Shown here: one piece after another, positions 9,464 to 19,139 of the stretch
Numbering within the stretch: the first letter of the stretch is position 1
Layout: the number at the start of each line of letters is the position of its first letter
IMG/VR virus record: IMGVR_UViG_2595698614_000001
Coordinates: 12,135-76,134 of that record
Direction: 5' to 3' (one strand)
Source of the DNA: a virus
Lineage: Duplodnaviria; Heunggongvirae; Uroviricota; Caudoviricetes; Thumleimavirales; Hafunaviridae
DNA length: 64,000 nt
Translations under genes and position numbers: made by a program
Notes under the pieces: generated by a model
Told to the model about the DNA's origin: nothing
The model's database searches: none
The model's input: the letters and a program-made list of their open reading frames with translations, nothing else

Positions 9464-10695
9464 CAATTAACGAAGACGGCTCTTTTGACGGCGATACCGA
9501 GGAGGAAATCCTCGATGCGATGATTGCCGACGCGAAGCAGTATTGGTCGGAGGACATTAAGGAATCCAACCTTGCTGTTATCCGGCAGTTCTACCGACCT
9601 GTCGCTCGGCGTCTTGCTCAAGCGCAGGAGGATATTGGACTCGTTCTTGAGTCTACGCAGATTGACAACGCCGAAGGTGCGGCTCTCGGTCTACTGACGG
9701 CTCTCATCGGCGTGACGAGAAAGCCTGCGGCCCGCGCTCGTGGCGAGGTCACGTTCTACCGTGATAACGTCGCGGAGATGGATTACCACGTCCCTGCGGG
9801 TACTCAGGTTCAGACGAGAAGTAGCCCTCCGATTGAGTTCGTTACGACTGAGGGCGCTGTTATCGAGAAAGGTAGCAAATCGACTACCGCTCCAATAATC
9901 TCGGTTGAACCCGGAGCGAACGGAAACGTCGGGCCAAATTCGATTACCGGCCTACCCGTTCCGCTGGCGGGAATCAAGACCGTCAAGAACAACGAAAACA
10001 CGGTGGGCGGCGAGAACCGGGAGTCGGATGAAAACCTCCGCGAACGGGCAAAGGAGGAACTTGCTGAGGGTTCGAGCGCGACTGCTCCGGCTCTGGTAAG
10101 TGCAGTTCGGGGAGTAGAAGGAGTTAGCTCGGTCAGTATTCTCGTCAACGACACGAAGGACGAGAACGGTCGTGGTCACAACCTCCCCGCCAACTCCGGC
10201 GAGCTGGTCGTGACCGGCGGCGAGGACTCGGAGATTGCTCAAGCAATTTTGGAAACGAAGGGGATGGATTCGACCCTCGTGGCCGGAGTGAACGGTGTGG
10301 CCGTGGGAGGAGTCGAAGCGAAACTTCCGAACGGTCAGACGCACCCAATTGACTTCTCGCGGGCGAACGCCGTGACCATCTACATCGAGGCAGATGTTCA
10401 GGTCGATTCCACCTACGAGGACGACACCGATGTTCTGAACAATATCGTGAAATACGTCGGGGGGAAGACCACGGACGGCTTCGATAAGGACGGAGAGCTT
10501 GGTGTGACCGACGACGTTCTTCACGGTGAAATCGAGTATCGGATTCGAGAGGTTCCCGGCGTCTACGACGTTACGAGTCTCAAGATTGGCCGTACCGACC
10601 CGCCACAATCCACAGAGAATATCAGTATTAGCTCGATGGAGGAAGCTCACACCGACTCTCAGACGGACATTACGCTCCACACGAGCGAGGTGTAG
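9460..10695 (+). CDS. baseplate J-like protein
   Basis: 411 aa; 4-nt overlap with the W-like gene; order W-J-I as in P2. Confidence 0.55.
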   Translation: MTINEDGSFDGDTEEEILDAMIADAKQYWSEDIKESNLAVIRQFYRPVARRLAQAQEDIGLVLESTQIDNAEGAALGLLTALIGVTRKPAARARGEVTFYRDNVAEMDYHVPAGTQVQTRSSPPIEFVTTEGAVIEKGSKSTTAPIISVEPGANGNVGPNSITGLPVPLAGIKTVKNNENTVGGENRESDENLRERAKEELAEGSSATAPALVSAVRGVEGVSSVSILVNDTKDENGRGHNLPANSGELVVTGGEDSEIAQAILETKGMDSTLVAGVNGVAVGGVEAKLPNGQTHPIDFSRANAVTIYIEADVQVDSTYEDDTDVLNNIVKYVGGKTTDGFDKDGELGVTDDVLHGEIEYRIREVPGVYDVTSLKIGRTDPPQSTENISISSMEEAHTDSQTDITLHTSEV

Positions 10696-10699
10696 TTGA

Positions 10700-11350
10700 A
10701 TGGCGACGATTAACGAGGAGGTTGAGCAACTGGTCAACTCCCTTCCATCGTACTACGACGACGACAATGATGGCGGGAATTGGAAACTGCTCGATGCGGT
10801 CGGTCGCCAAGTTGTAGACCTCGATGGGGACATTGAGGAACTTGACGACGAGACGACGGTTCAAGAAGCTCTCGACGTAAACTCTCTCGAAGAACTTGCT
10901 GGAATCGTTCAGCTCCGCCGACGCTCCGGTGAAGGAAGCGACCACTACCGAGCGCGGATTATCGCGGAGTACCAGCTCAACACGAGCGAAGGAACGACCA
11001 AGGACGCCTTCAACTCGATGGCGACTATCCTTGGGTGCGAGGTCGAAGACCTCTGGTTTCAGGATTGGCGGTTCCTGTTCGGTGAAATTCACAACCGAAC
11101 GGTATGCTTCCTCCTACCATACGACGACGTACAAAACCTCGACCTCTCGGGAGAGGAAATCTCGAAAATCGTCCAGAAGCTCGCTCCTGCCGGGACTACG
11201 GTGAAGTCTCAGTATAACGGCTCACTCCGGTACAAGTCCAAGGAGGACTACGAGAACACGAACTGGAACGGTTACGATGGCGGCTACGATGCTCTTGACT
11301 CCGAGGGCAACCCGACCGGAGAGGGCGGGACAAAAGGAGGACTTATCTAA
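10700..11350 (+). CDS. baseplate protein (gpI-like)
   Basis: 216 aa following the J-like gene. Confidence 0.4.
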   Translation: MATINEEVEQLVNSLPSYYDDDNDGGNWKLLDAVGRQVVDLDGDIEELDDETTVQEALDVNSLEELAGIVQLRRRSGEGSDHYRARIIAEYQLNTSEGTTKDAFNSMATILGCEVEDLWFQDWRFLFGEIHNRTVCFLLPYDDVQNLDLSGEEISKIVQKLAPAGTTVKSQYNGSLRYKSKEDYENTNWNGYDGGYDALDSEGNPTGEGGTKGGLI

Positions 11351-11353
11351 AGA

Positions 11354-12763
11354 ATGGCGTACACTTCTAAACTCAAGGAATGGGGAGCCGTCGCTGATGA
11401 GCGGTCGGAGTTCCCCGATGGGTACAGGTACACGAAAGAAAACCCACCCGTCACGCACTACGACAATTTCCTCGTTCACAACCTCATCGAGGACGTTCAG
11501 CACCTCGTTGACCTCACGAATCTTATCGACCCGGATAACGACGGGCAAGTGGCTGACGCCGAGACGATTCAGGGGAAGTCCCCTGAACAACTTGGTGGGT
11601 TCAAGTTCATTCAGTCGGACAACCCGACTGAGGATACTGCTGGCACGACGTGGTTCAAGAACACGAACCACCTTCTGTTCGTCGCTGACGGCTCCCGGTA
11701 TGACGTATTCCCTGAGGTCGGCTATCAGGAATACGACTCGATGAACGCTGACGACCTGACTGTTCTCCACGAGACGGTTCCTCGGACGAAACTCACCGAT
11801 GATGGGCGGATTATGCTCATCAACGAGCAGACCGTTGCTGACTTCGAGGATACCTACGAACCAAACCACGACGGGTGGGCGTGGACGAACGGTACATCGT
11901 TCCTTTCTGCTCAGTCTGGAACGGTTCTCTCGGGTACTCAGTCGCTTCAGGTTCAGGCCGCTGGTGAGAGGGCTACGCCCCACCTCACGAGGGAAGCTCC
12001 GATTATCCAAGACCTCGAAGTGTCGATTCAGGTAGAGTCCGACACCGCGAACATCAACGACTTCGTTGGTATCGAGGTCTTCAACGGTGAGACTCGGATT
12101 CTCCGAATCCAGTATAACGACGGTGACGGCAACGTTCAGCTTGAAACTGGTAGCGGCACTACCGAGTTGATGGCGAGCTGGAATGTCGGAACAACTCACG
12201 CTTACGAGTTCGATTGGGACTTCGGTAACGACCAGTATGACCTCTACATCGACGGGGTTCTCGATGGAACCTACTCTCTGGAGAGCGCGGCTTCTGGATG
12301 GGACGAGTTCCGGGTTGATAACAACGCGGCAAACTCCGGTAACACCCGTAATGTCTACGTTGACGACGTTCACACGGGCGCTCGGGAATACGGTGAGACA
12401 CTAATCCGTTGTCCCGACCCGGACGAACGCATCGAGGCGTGGGACTTGGTTCGTCACACCAAGACGCTCGCTGGCGAGTCGGTAATTCTTGATGTAGAGG
12501 ACGAGAACGGTACTGTCCTTCTTGCTGATGTTCAGGACAACGAGGACATTAGCGCACACGTTTCGGCTGACGTGAATCCGCAGTTCCGTGTGAGAATTAG
12601 TCGGGAGAACAACGCGAACAATCCATCCTTCGATGCGTTGTTCCGCAGGTGGACGATGCGGCCCGGTGACACGGGAATCTCGAACAAGGAGAAGGAGGAG
12701 TGGAAGTCGATGGATATGAGAGCGAGATACCGCCACACGCGGCTCGCTCGGCGGCAAGCCTAA
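11354..12763 (+). CDS. tail fibre protein
   Basis: 469 aa directly after the baseplate genes (position of P2 gpH). Confidence 0.45.
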   Translation: MAYTSKLKEWGAVADERSEFPDGYRYTKENPPVTHYDNFLVHNLIEDVQHLVDLTNLIDPDNDGQVADAETIQGKSPEQLGGFKFIQSDNPTEDTAGTTWFKNTNHLLFVADGSRYDVFPEVGYQEYDSMNADDLTVLHETVPRTKLTDDGRIMLINEQTVADFEDTYEPNHDGWAWTNGTSFLSAQSGTVLSGTQSLQVQAAGERATPHLTREAPIIQDLEVSIQVESDTANINDFVGIEVFNGETRILRIQYNDGDGNVQLETGSGTTELMASWNVGTTHAYEFDWDFGNDQYDLYIDGVLDGTYSLESAASGWDEFRVDNNAANSGNTRNVYVDDVHTGAREYGETLIRCPDPDERIEAWDLVRHTKTLAGESVILDVEDENGTVLLADVQDNEDISAHVSADVNPQFRVRISRENNANNPSFDALFRRWTMRPGDTGISNKEKEEWKSMDMRARYRHTRLARRQA

Positions 12764-12777
12764 TCAATTTCTAAATT

Positions 12778-13983
12778 ATGGTCAATTACGGAAGTGGACA
12801 CCTTGGCGACGAAACGATTAGCACGGACGCTACCAAGAATACCCCAATTCTTGAGTACGAAAATCTAACAGTAGAAGAAGGGGCAACTCTCAGTTTGCCC
12901 TCCAGAGTTCGTCTGATGGTTAATGACACTCTTACGGTAAATGGAACCATCAGCGTCTCTAATGATATTTCAGGTTCGGGTGGAAATGCAAGTGGTGGGG
13001 ATTCTGGAGGCAATCTCGAACTAATTGCCCGAACCATCGCCGGGACTGGACTAATAGAAGCAGATGGTGATAATGGGGATACTGCTAATAACAGGGGAAA
13101 TCGAAATAACGGCGGAGCTGGTTCTGGATACAGTATCCCGACTACTGGAGCATCGGGTTCTGGAGGTAGCGGTGGTGGTGTTGGTGCTAATGCGGATTAT
13201 GATAGTGCAAATGGATGGAATGGCCCAAGAAATGGAGGCGGGGCCGGAAGTCAGCACTCGTCCATCTATAATGATTCAACTCTGAAGCCGTACCTTGAGG
13301 ATTACCTTCTCTCGGGAGCATATATTACTCAGAGTCCCATCGACACTATTCTTCCCGGTTCTGGAGGAGCTGGTGGAGGTGGTGGTAGTGAAGGTGTTGA
13401 TGACCCCACCTCAAACAACAACTACGCGACTGAGCAAGTAGAAGTTGGTGGAGGTGGAGGTGGTGCTGGTGGTAGTTTCGTCTCTAAAGGCGGTTCTGGT
13501 GGAAATGGACACCACAGACGAGACTACGACCACAATATGGTCTCCAACAACACCGACTCCAATAACAACAACGACAACGGTTATGCCAATATAAAAGGCG
13601 GCGGTGCTGGTGGTGGAGGCGGTGCTGGTGGCTTTATCCTGCTCGTTTCAGAAGAAGTGGGTGAAGGAGTTACCTTCTCTGCTATTGGCGGTGACGGTGG
13701 AGATGGATTCTGGAGTCTGGTTGACGGTCGGAATGTCGAATCTGGTGGAAATTACAGCAACTTCCAGTACGAAGAATCCTCCCGTGATGGTGGAGGTGGA
13801 GGGGGTGGTGCTGGAGGCGTGATTATTGGGTTCGTTGACAAAACGCCCACTATTGAGCTTTCTGGAGGTTCTTCTGGTATTCCGGGCGGTCAGCGCAGAG
13901 ACGGTTCCAACTTCAACTCCAATGCTGGTTCCCCCGGCCAAGATGGAATCACGTTCTTCTACGACATTAAGGAGCTAATCTAA
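12778..13983 (+). CDS. glycine-rich tail fibre / receptor-binding protein
   Basis: 401 aa with many GGxGG / poly-Gly tracts encoded by GGT/GGA/GGC runs; last large gene of the tail module. Confidence 0.45.
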   Translation: MVNYGSGHLGDETISTDATKNTPILEYENLTVEEGATLSLPSRVRLMVNDTLTVNGTISVSNDISGSGGNASGGDSGGNLELIARTIAGTGLIEADGDNGDTANNRGNRNNGGAGSGYSIPTTGASGSGGSGGGVGANADYDSANGWNGPRNGGGAGSQHSSIYNDSTLKPYLEDYLLSGAYITQSPIDTILPGSGGAGGGGGSEGVDDPTSNNNYATEQVEVGGGGGGAGGSFVSKGGSGGNGHHRRDYDHNMVSNNTDSNNNNDNGYANIKGGGAGGGGGAGGFILLVSEEVGEGVTFSAIGGDGGDGFWSLVDGRNVESGGNYSNFQYEESSRDGGGGGGGAGGVIIGFVDKTPTIELSGGSSGIPGGQRRDGSNFNSNAGSPGQDGITFFYDIKELI

Positions 13984-13984
13984 A

Positions 13985-14368
13985 ATGGTTCAAGAAATTA
14001 CAGTTCTTGTAGTCCCTCCGGGCTACGACGGTAACGATGTGGGCGACCCCCGCATTGACGAAGTTGAAGTTGACCCTGAAGTTGAGGATGCTTACCTCGA
14101 CCACCGGATTGTCTCTGATGAGGGTTCCTCGGCAGTTGACCGCGCTCTGGTAAATCGTGAGCGCAAAAATATGGTCGCTGATTCAATTCTCGCCTATCAG
14201 GAGGAGTCCTCGAAGGAAAATCCTGATGTTCAGGTTCAGCTCGATGCGCTTGAGCAGGCGGTGTCCTATATGTGGGACGTTGTGAGCGGCGAAGACGTTG
14301 GCTCTGAGGCTCAGCGAACTGCTGAAGCGGAAACTGGCGACTCGGTTGACGACTCTACCTCGGCGTAA
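13985..14368 (+). CDS. hypothetical acidic protein (possible fibre assembly factor)
   Basis: 127 aa; ATG 2 nt after the fibre stop. Confidence 0.3.
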   Translation: MVQEITVLVVPPGYDGNDVGDPRIDEVEVDPEVEDAYLDHRIVSDEGSSAVDRALVNRERKNMVADSILAYQEESSKENPDVQVQLDALEQAVSYMWDVVSGEDVGSEAQRTAEAETGDSVDDSTSA

Positions 14369-14389
14369 GCCGGGGTTCTTTTTCTTTTT

Positions 14390-14881
14390 ATGTTCCCAAG
14401 ATTTCTACTCGATAGTGACGACGACTGGCAAGAGGGTCTACGTGCGAACCTCTACCCACTCCTACATCCGTATCTAAAGCCGTTCGGTGGCTACGCGGTC
14501 GGTGAGACGCGACCGAATCAGTACGTCGGGATGTTCGACGAGGATGAGGAAAGCATCGAGGTGGAGTTGGTCGATGTGGGCTTCCGGCGGAATCCGATTG
14601 CGTGTTTCAAGTCGCTTCCCGATGGACGCGAGAGCGAGGGGTCGTGGGTTCTCATTCCAGAGGACGCGCCCGACCACGTTGCTCCGGGGATGCAACTTCA
14701 CGTTACAATGTTCGAGCGAGCTGATGGGCAGAAAGGCCGCGAGTTTTACGCCCACTACGAAGACGATTGGCGTTCGGCTCCTGTCGCTCATCTCCGCGCA
14801 AAGAACTTCAGCGCCGCCGCTGGCGTTGACATTGCGCGGGATTACTTGGACAAGGAGACGTTCCTTGTCCGGCAAGAATAG
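14390..14881 (+). CDS. hypothetical protein
   Basis: 163-aa ORF, last gene of the + strand block. Confidence 0.35.
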   Translation: MFPRFLLDSDDDWQEGLRANLYPLLHPYLKPFGGYAVGETRPNQYVGMFDEDEESIEVELVDVGFRRNPIACFKSLPDGRESEGSWVLIPEDAPDHVAPGMQLHVTMFERADGQKGREFYAHYEDDWRSAPVAHLRAKNFSAAAGVDIARDYLDKETFLVRQE

Positions 14882-14896
14882 TAGTTAATCAATCGG

Positions 14897-15733
14897 CTAT
14901 TTGTCTCCCTCGTGAGGGAGCATCCGCGACCCCGGCTTCGGTTGCCAGCGACGGTCGCGGTACGTGGATACGTGTGAGCTAAGCTCTGTCTGAGTCCGTT
15001 GCTGTTCGAGGGCTTCTTCTTCCGTCATCAGGCGCGAAGTCGCGTCAGTAAGCATCGAATCGCGCTTGAAGGGAATCACCTGAACGATGGGCGTACCCGC
15101 GTCGAGTATTCCCTCGAAGTCACCACCCGTCCACATGAACGGCGCGTTCACGTAGTTGAAGTAATTATCGAGGTCTACGACGCCCGAGAACGGAGTGAAC
15201 TGCTGTCCCGGTCGGTTCATCGGATTAGTGATTAGGGCGGAGTATCCATCTGGAAGTTTCATACACCACCAGTTGTGGAACTTGAGGACGGGCCACTCGT
15301 GGTTCGGGAACATCTCACCCCCGACTTGATTGAGACTGTGGGATGATACGAGAGTTCTATCAAACTCCCATTCGTACTCTACGTACCCCTCATTGGCATT
15401 GAACATCACTTCTCCCGCAAGTGGAATAATCCATCCCATCGTCATTGCCTCCATGAATGGAGCGCACCGCTTGACTGTGGAACTTGATAGTGCGGGTCGG
15501 GTGTTCGTTGAATCTTCGTCGGGTTCTCTGCTAACGTACTGACCGAGCTTCTTGTACCAGTCCGGCAGTACCTTGTTCGCCGGGATGGGTTCGGGAATCG
15601 CTCCGTACAATTCTTCCTCGGTCACGAACTCGATGAGCTGGTCTTCTTCCGGTTCTTCCTCTGCTGGCGTACCGTCAGGACGAACTTTGGTAGAGAGGTC
15701 ACTAACGGCGCTGGTTACACTCGAAAAATCCAT
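14897..15733 (-). CDS. hypothetical protein
   Basis: approx 278-aa ORF convergent with the tail module; ATG (MDFSS) at 15733 with a possible GTG two codons upstream. Confidence 0.4.
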   Translation of the reverse strand: MDFSSVTSAVSDLSTKVRPDGTPAEEEPEEDQLIEFVTEEELYGAIPEPIPANKVLPDWYKKLGQYVSREPDEDSTNTRPALSSSTVKRCAPFMEAMTMGWIIPLAGEVMFNANEGYVEYEWEFDRTLVSSHSLNQVGGEMFPNHEWPVLKFHNWWCMKLPDGYSALITNPMNRPGQQFTPFSGVVDLDNYFNYVNAPFMWTGGDFEGILDAGTPIVQVIPFKRDSMLTDATSRLMTEEEALEQQRTQTELSSHVSTYRDRRWQPKPGSRMLPHEGDK

Positions 15734-15736
15734 CTT

Positions 15737-15792
15737 CACTCTAATAGACGTGAGACAAGGACTTAAAGATACTTCTTTGAGTCTTTAACACT
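15737..15792 (+). promoter_or_regulatory. conserved composite intergenic element (CACTCTAATAGACG box + GACTTAAAGA-N6-TCTTTGAGTC palindrome), copy 1
   Basis: near-identical copies at 15925-15990 (inverted), 30671-30727, 43837-43890, 46121-46178 and 47312-47371 (inverted), partial copies elsewhere; the TTTAAG inside the palindrome lies about 30 nt upstream of the 15733 ATG. Confidence 0.5.
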
Positions 15793-15924
15793 CAACAATA
15801 TGATACCTGAACTCGCAAACACGCCACCTCTCGTAGCGTGGCTACTCGGATTCTTCATGGCATTGGCACTCAAACGCGGTCGAATCGAGCAGATAATCGA
15901 CCGATTCCTCCCGACAGACGACTA

Positions 15925-15990
15925 ACACTCTAAGAACAAAGTCGGCATCTTTAAGTCTTTAGTTGCCGTCTATTAGAGTGAGGAGCTTAC
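15925..15990 (-). promoter_or_regulatory. conserved composite intergenic element, inverted copy 2
   Basis: reverse complement of the 15737 element; the two copies face each other in the divergent region between the 14897-15733 gene and the RNR gene. Confidence 0.5.
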
Positions 15991-16106
15991 GACGAAGCGA
16001 ACCTAACTGGTTCACCTCGAAATCCACCCCACACTACCCAACTCGGTAGTGTGGGGCCTTTTTCCATCTAACTGATTCACTTAGTTGAGACTGAGATAGA
16101 ACAAAC

Positions 16107-16135
16107 ACCTCGATGTAGTGAATCACTCTGAGTAG
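16107..16135 (+). promoter_or_regulatory. second conserved box (ACCTCGATGTAGTGAATCACTCTGAGTAG) upstream of the RNR gene
   Basis: related copies at 27973-28000 and 47449-47477; followed by a TATACTACTATACTATAC tract about 30 nt before the RNR ATG. Confidence 0.45.
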
Positions 16136-16167
16136 TTCACCTACTATACTACTATACTATACACAAA

Positions 16168-18588
16168 ATGTCCGTAGTCACTACTGAAACCGAAACCGAA
16201 GAACAGACTGTTGAAACCCCCATCAAGACCGCCGACGATTCTCTCACCGTAGAAGAACGCCTTACAGACAACGCTCTCCACGGTATTCTCCCGGCCCGCT
16301 ACTTCCGCAAAGACTCGGAGGGTAACATCATCGAGGATGCTGACGACCTGTTCCGACGAGTCGCTGAGAACGTCGCGGGGGCCGAGGTATCCGACGAGGA
16401 TTACGAAACGTGGGCTGATGAGTTTGAACACCAGATGAAGACGCTCCGGTTCATGCCGAACAGCCCGACCCTGATGAACGCCGGGACGGACATGAACCAG
16501 CTCTCTGCGTGCTTCGTGATTGAACCCCGCGACGACATGGAAGACATTTTTGAGACGGCTCAGCAGGCCGCTCTCATCTTCCAGAGCGGGGGCGGCGTCG
16601 GCTATGCCTTCTCCCACCTCCGACCCAAGGGAGCGTTCATCAACTCTACTGGCGGCGAAGCGAGCGGCCCGGTGAGCTTCATGCGGGTCTTCGATGAGAC
16701 GTGTAATCAGGTGAAGCAGGGCGGGAAGCGTCGGGGCGCTCAGATGGGTATTCTCCGCGCCGACCACCCCGACGTGGGCCGGTTCATCGTGGCGAAGCGG
16801 AACGAGGGCGACCTTGCGAACTTCAACATCTCGGTCGCTACGACGGACAACTTCATCGAGGCAGTTGAGGCTCAGGACTCCTACACTCTCTACGACCCGG
16901 AGACGGACTACGAGGAACCGTACACGGTGCGAGAGGCGTCGGCCCACTTCTACTCCCCGGAGTATCAGGACAACCCGCGTGACGCCTTTGACGACGGCGA
17001 GGGCGCTATCGTGGCGGAGAACCTGTGGCGGGACTACGCCGACGAGATTGAGTGTGAGCTGTACGGGGAGCGCGTTTCCCTTCGTGAAAAGTGGGAATCG
17101 CATGAGAGTCTTCGACTCGAAGTGGGTGAGCCGATGGAGCTTCCCGCCGCGTTCATTTGGGACGTGATGATTGACGGGGCGTGGCGCAACGGTGAGCCGG
17201 GCCTGTTCAACTTCGAGGAGTCGAACCGCCAGCACTCCTTCGACGTGGAGAAGTACCCCGAGTTCCGCATGAACGCGACTAACCCCTGCGCCGAGCAGAT
17301 GCTCGTGGAGTACGAGGCGTGTAACCTCGGTCACATCAACCTGAGCTTGATGCTGAACGAGGACGCCCCGACCTACGACGAGTTCCTGAGCGACAAGCTG
17401 GATTCAATCGCCACGGGCGACCTTTCCACCCGCGAAACCGTGGAGTGGTACTTCGAGGAGGTCACGAACTTTGAAGACCTGAATCGAACCATCGAGGCGG
17501 GTGTCCGGTTCCTCGATAACGTGGTCACGCAGTCCGACTTCCCCATCCCCGAGATTACCGAGCGCGTCAACGGGATGCGGAAAATCGGACTCGGGATTAT
17601 GGGCTTCGCTCAGATGCTTTTCCAGATGGGGATTCCCTACGGGACGCAGGATTCCTACGAGATGGCGCGGTGCGTTATGCGGTACATCGACCGGAAAGGA
17701 ACGTGGTCGTCGCACAATCTCGCCAAGGAGCGCGGCGTGTTCTCCTACTGGGAGAAGTCGAAGTACGCCGACCCGACCGAGTACCCGGAGTGGTTCGCGG
17801 CCCGCACCGGGCTTGACCCGAACGACCACGCTGGCGGGTTCTTCATCCGCAACCACAACATCACGACTATCGCCCCGACCGGGACGACCTCGATGATTGC
17901 GAACACGACGGGCGGGTGCGAGCCTGCCTACAACGTGGCGAACTTCAAGAACGTCTCCGAGGACATTCAGGGCGACGACCTGCTCGTGGAGTTTGACGAC
18001 TACTTCCTTCGGACGCTTGAGGCGAACGACCTCGATGTGGAGAGCATCAAGGAGGAAGCCGAGTCGCTGATGCGGAACAACGAGTTTGAGGGAGTCAACG
18101 ACCTCTCCATCCCCGAGGAAATTGCTGAAATCTTCGTGACCACGCAGGACTTGTCCTCTGAACAGCACGGGCTGATGCAGAGAGCGTTTCAGGAGTTTTG
18201 CGACTCGGGCATCAGTAAGACGGTGAACCTCCCGAACGAGGCCACGCACGACGACGTGAGCGAAGCCTACCAGCTCGCCCTCGATGAGAACCGACGTGGC
18301 GCGGTTATCAAGGGCCTCACCGTGTACCGGGACGGCTCTCGGGACGTTCAGGTTCTCACGACCCGCGTGGACAACAATCTGGACGACGAGGGCGACCGCG
18401 ACGACGACCTTCTGGAGCTGTACCTCAAGGGTGAGGTGAGCGAGAAGGCGGCGGTTCAGCTCGGTATCGTTGGCGAGGATGACGTGGGTTCGGATACGCT
18501 CACCTGCCCGGAGTGTGGTGACGGTGAGCTGGAGAAGACGGACGACTGCGCGGTGTGCCCGGAGTGCTGGTACAGTCCGTGTAAGTAA
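16168..18588 (+). CDS. nrdJ: ribonucleotide reductase, class II (adenosylcobalamin-dependent, monomeric type)
   Basis: 806 aa; conserved RNR active-site region (NPCAEQ), C-terminal zinc ribbon CPECGDG...CAVCPEC typical of class II RNRs. Confidence 0.8.
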   Translation: MSVVTTETETEEQTVETPIKTADDSLTVEERLTDNALHGILPARYFRKDSEGNIIEDADDLFRRVAENVAGAEVSDEDYETWADEFEHQMKTLRFMPNSPTLMNAGTDMNQLSACFVIEPRDDMEDIFETAQQAALIFQSGGGVGYAFSHLRPKGAFINSTGGEASGPVSFMRVFDETCNQVKQGGKRRGAQMGILRADHPDVGRFIVAKRNEGDLANFNISVATTDNFIEAVEAQDSYTLYDPETDYEEPYTVREASAHFYSPEYQDNPRDAFDDGEGAIVAENLWRDYADEIECELYGERVSLREKWESHESLRLEVGEPMELPAAFIWDVMIDGAWRNGEPGLFNFEESNRQHSFDVEKYPEFRMNATNPCAEQMLVEYEACNLGHINLSLMLNEDAPTYDEFLSDKLDSIATGDLSTRETVEWYFEEVTNFEDLNRTIEAGVRFLDNVVTQSDFPIPEITERVNGMRKIGLGIMGFAQMLFQMGIPYGTQDSYEMARCVMRYIDRKGTWSSHNLAKERGVFSYWEKSKYADPTEYPEWFAARTGLDPNDHAGGFFIRNHNITTIAPTGTTSMIANTTGGCEPAYNVANFKNVSEDIQGDDLLVEFDDYFLRTLEANDLDVESIKEEAESLMRNNEFEGVNDLSIPEEIAEIFVTTQDLSSEQHGLMQRAFQEFCDSGISKTVNLPNEATHDDVSEAYQLALDENRRGAVIKGLTVYRDGSRDVQVLTTRVDNNLDDEGDRDDDLLELYLKGEVSEKAAVQLGIVGEDDVGSDTLTCPECGDGELEKTDDCAVCPECWYSPCK

Positions 18589-18600
18589 CTCGCGTTACTT
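18583..18600. terminator. palindromic hairpin (AAGTAAC-TCGC-GTTACTT) between convergent genes
   Basis: perfect 7-bp inverted repeat spanning the RNR stop and the stop of the convergent 18595-19122 gene. Confidence 0.4.
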
Positions 18601-19122
18601 GTCGAAGTCGGATTCTGAATCGTCCGAATAGTTATTCAATGTCTCGTGAAGGTGTGTGGGTACATCTTCCAACAGTTCCAAAATCTCAGACTCGTCCCAA
18701 GACTCGATGTGTAGTTTCACCTTGTCACTTTCTGCGAAATCTCGTTCGCAGACAAAATCTGGATGACCGTTTCCAAGTCGGTCATTGACTTTGAGCGTAC
18801 CGCTTAGAAATTCTGTGGGGCCGACACCATCTGCACGCAACGAAATCTCACCGCTATCCGAATGTAGAGTGACCGTCGCCTCCCCCTCAAGCTTCCGTGC
18901 AATTGGGATTAGTTTACGTAGCCTGTATCTGTATGACTGCTTTTCCGAGAAAACGACTGTCCCACCACGAAAACTAATCTCTCCCGAGGAAAACTTCGTA
19001 CCTTCGACAGCTTCCCGTACCCGCTCGTGTCTATCGTGTGGTGAGTCAGAGTGCCCGAGCCAAGTGGCATAGCCTACTGCTATCGGAACGAGAGCGCCGA
19101 CAACATACAGTAGACTTGCCAT
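18595..19122 (-). CDS. membrane-anchored hypothetical protein
   Basis: 175 aa with one N-terminal hydrophobic helix and an acidic C-terminus. Confidence 0.4.
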   Translation of the reverse strand: MASLLYVVGALVPIAVGYATWLGHSDSPHDRHERVREAVEGTKFSSGEISFRGGTVVFSEKQSYRYRLRKLIPIARKLEGEATVTLHSDSGEISLRADGVGPTEFLSGTLKVNDRLGNGHPDFVCERDFAESDKVKLHIESWDESEILELLEDVPTHLHETLNNYSDDSESDFDK

Positions 19123-19139
19123 CTCGGGGCCTCGTGAGT

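Noticed and set aside
16168-18588. Inteins in RNR or in the family B polymerase (30723-33314)
   Set aside because: Protein lengths (806 and 863 aa) and motif spacing are consistent with intein-free enzymes; no LAGLIDADG/HNH block or Cys/Ser...His-Asn splice-junction pattern interrupts conserved motifs
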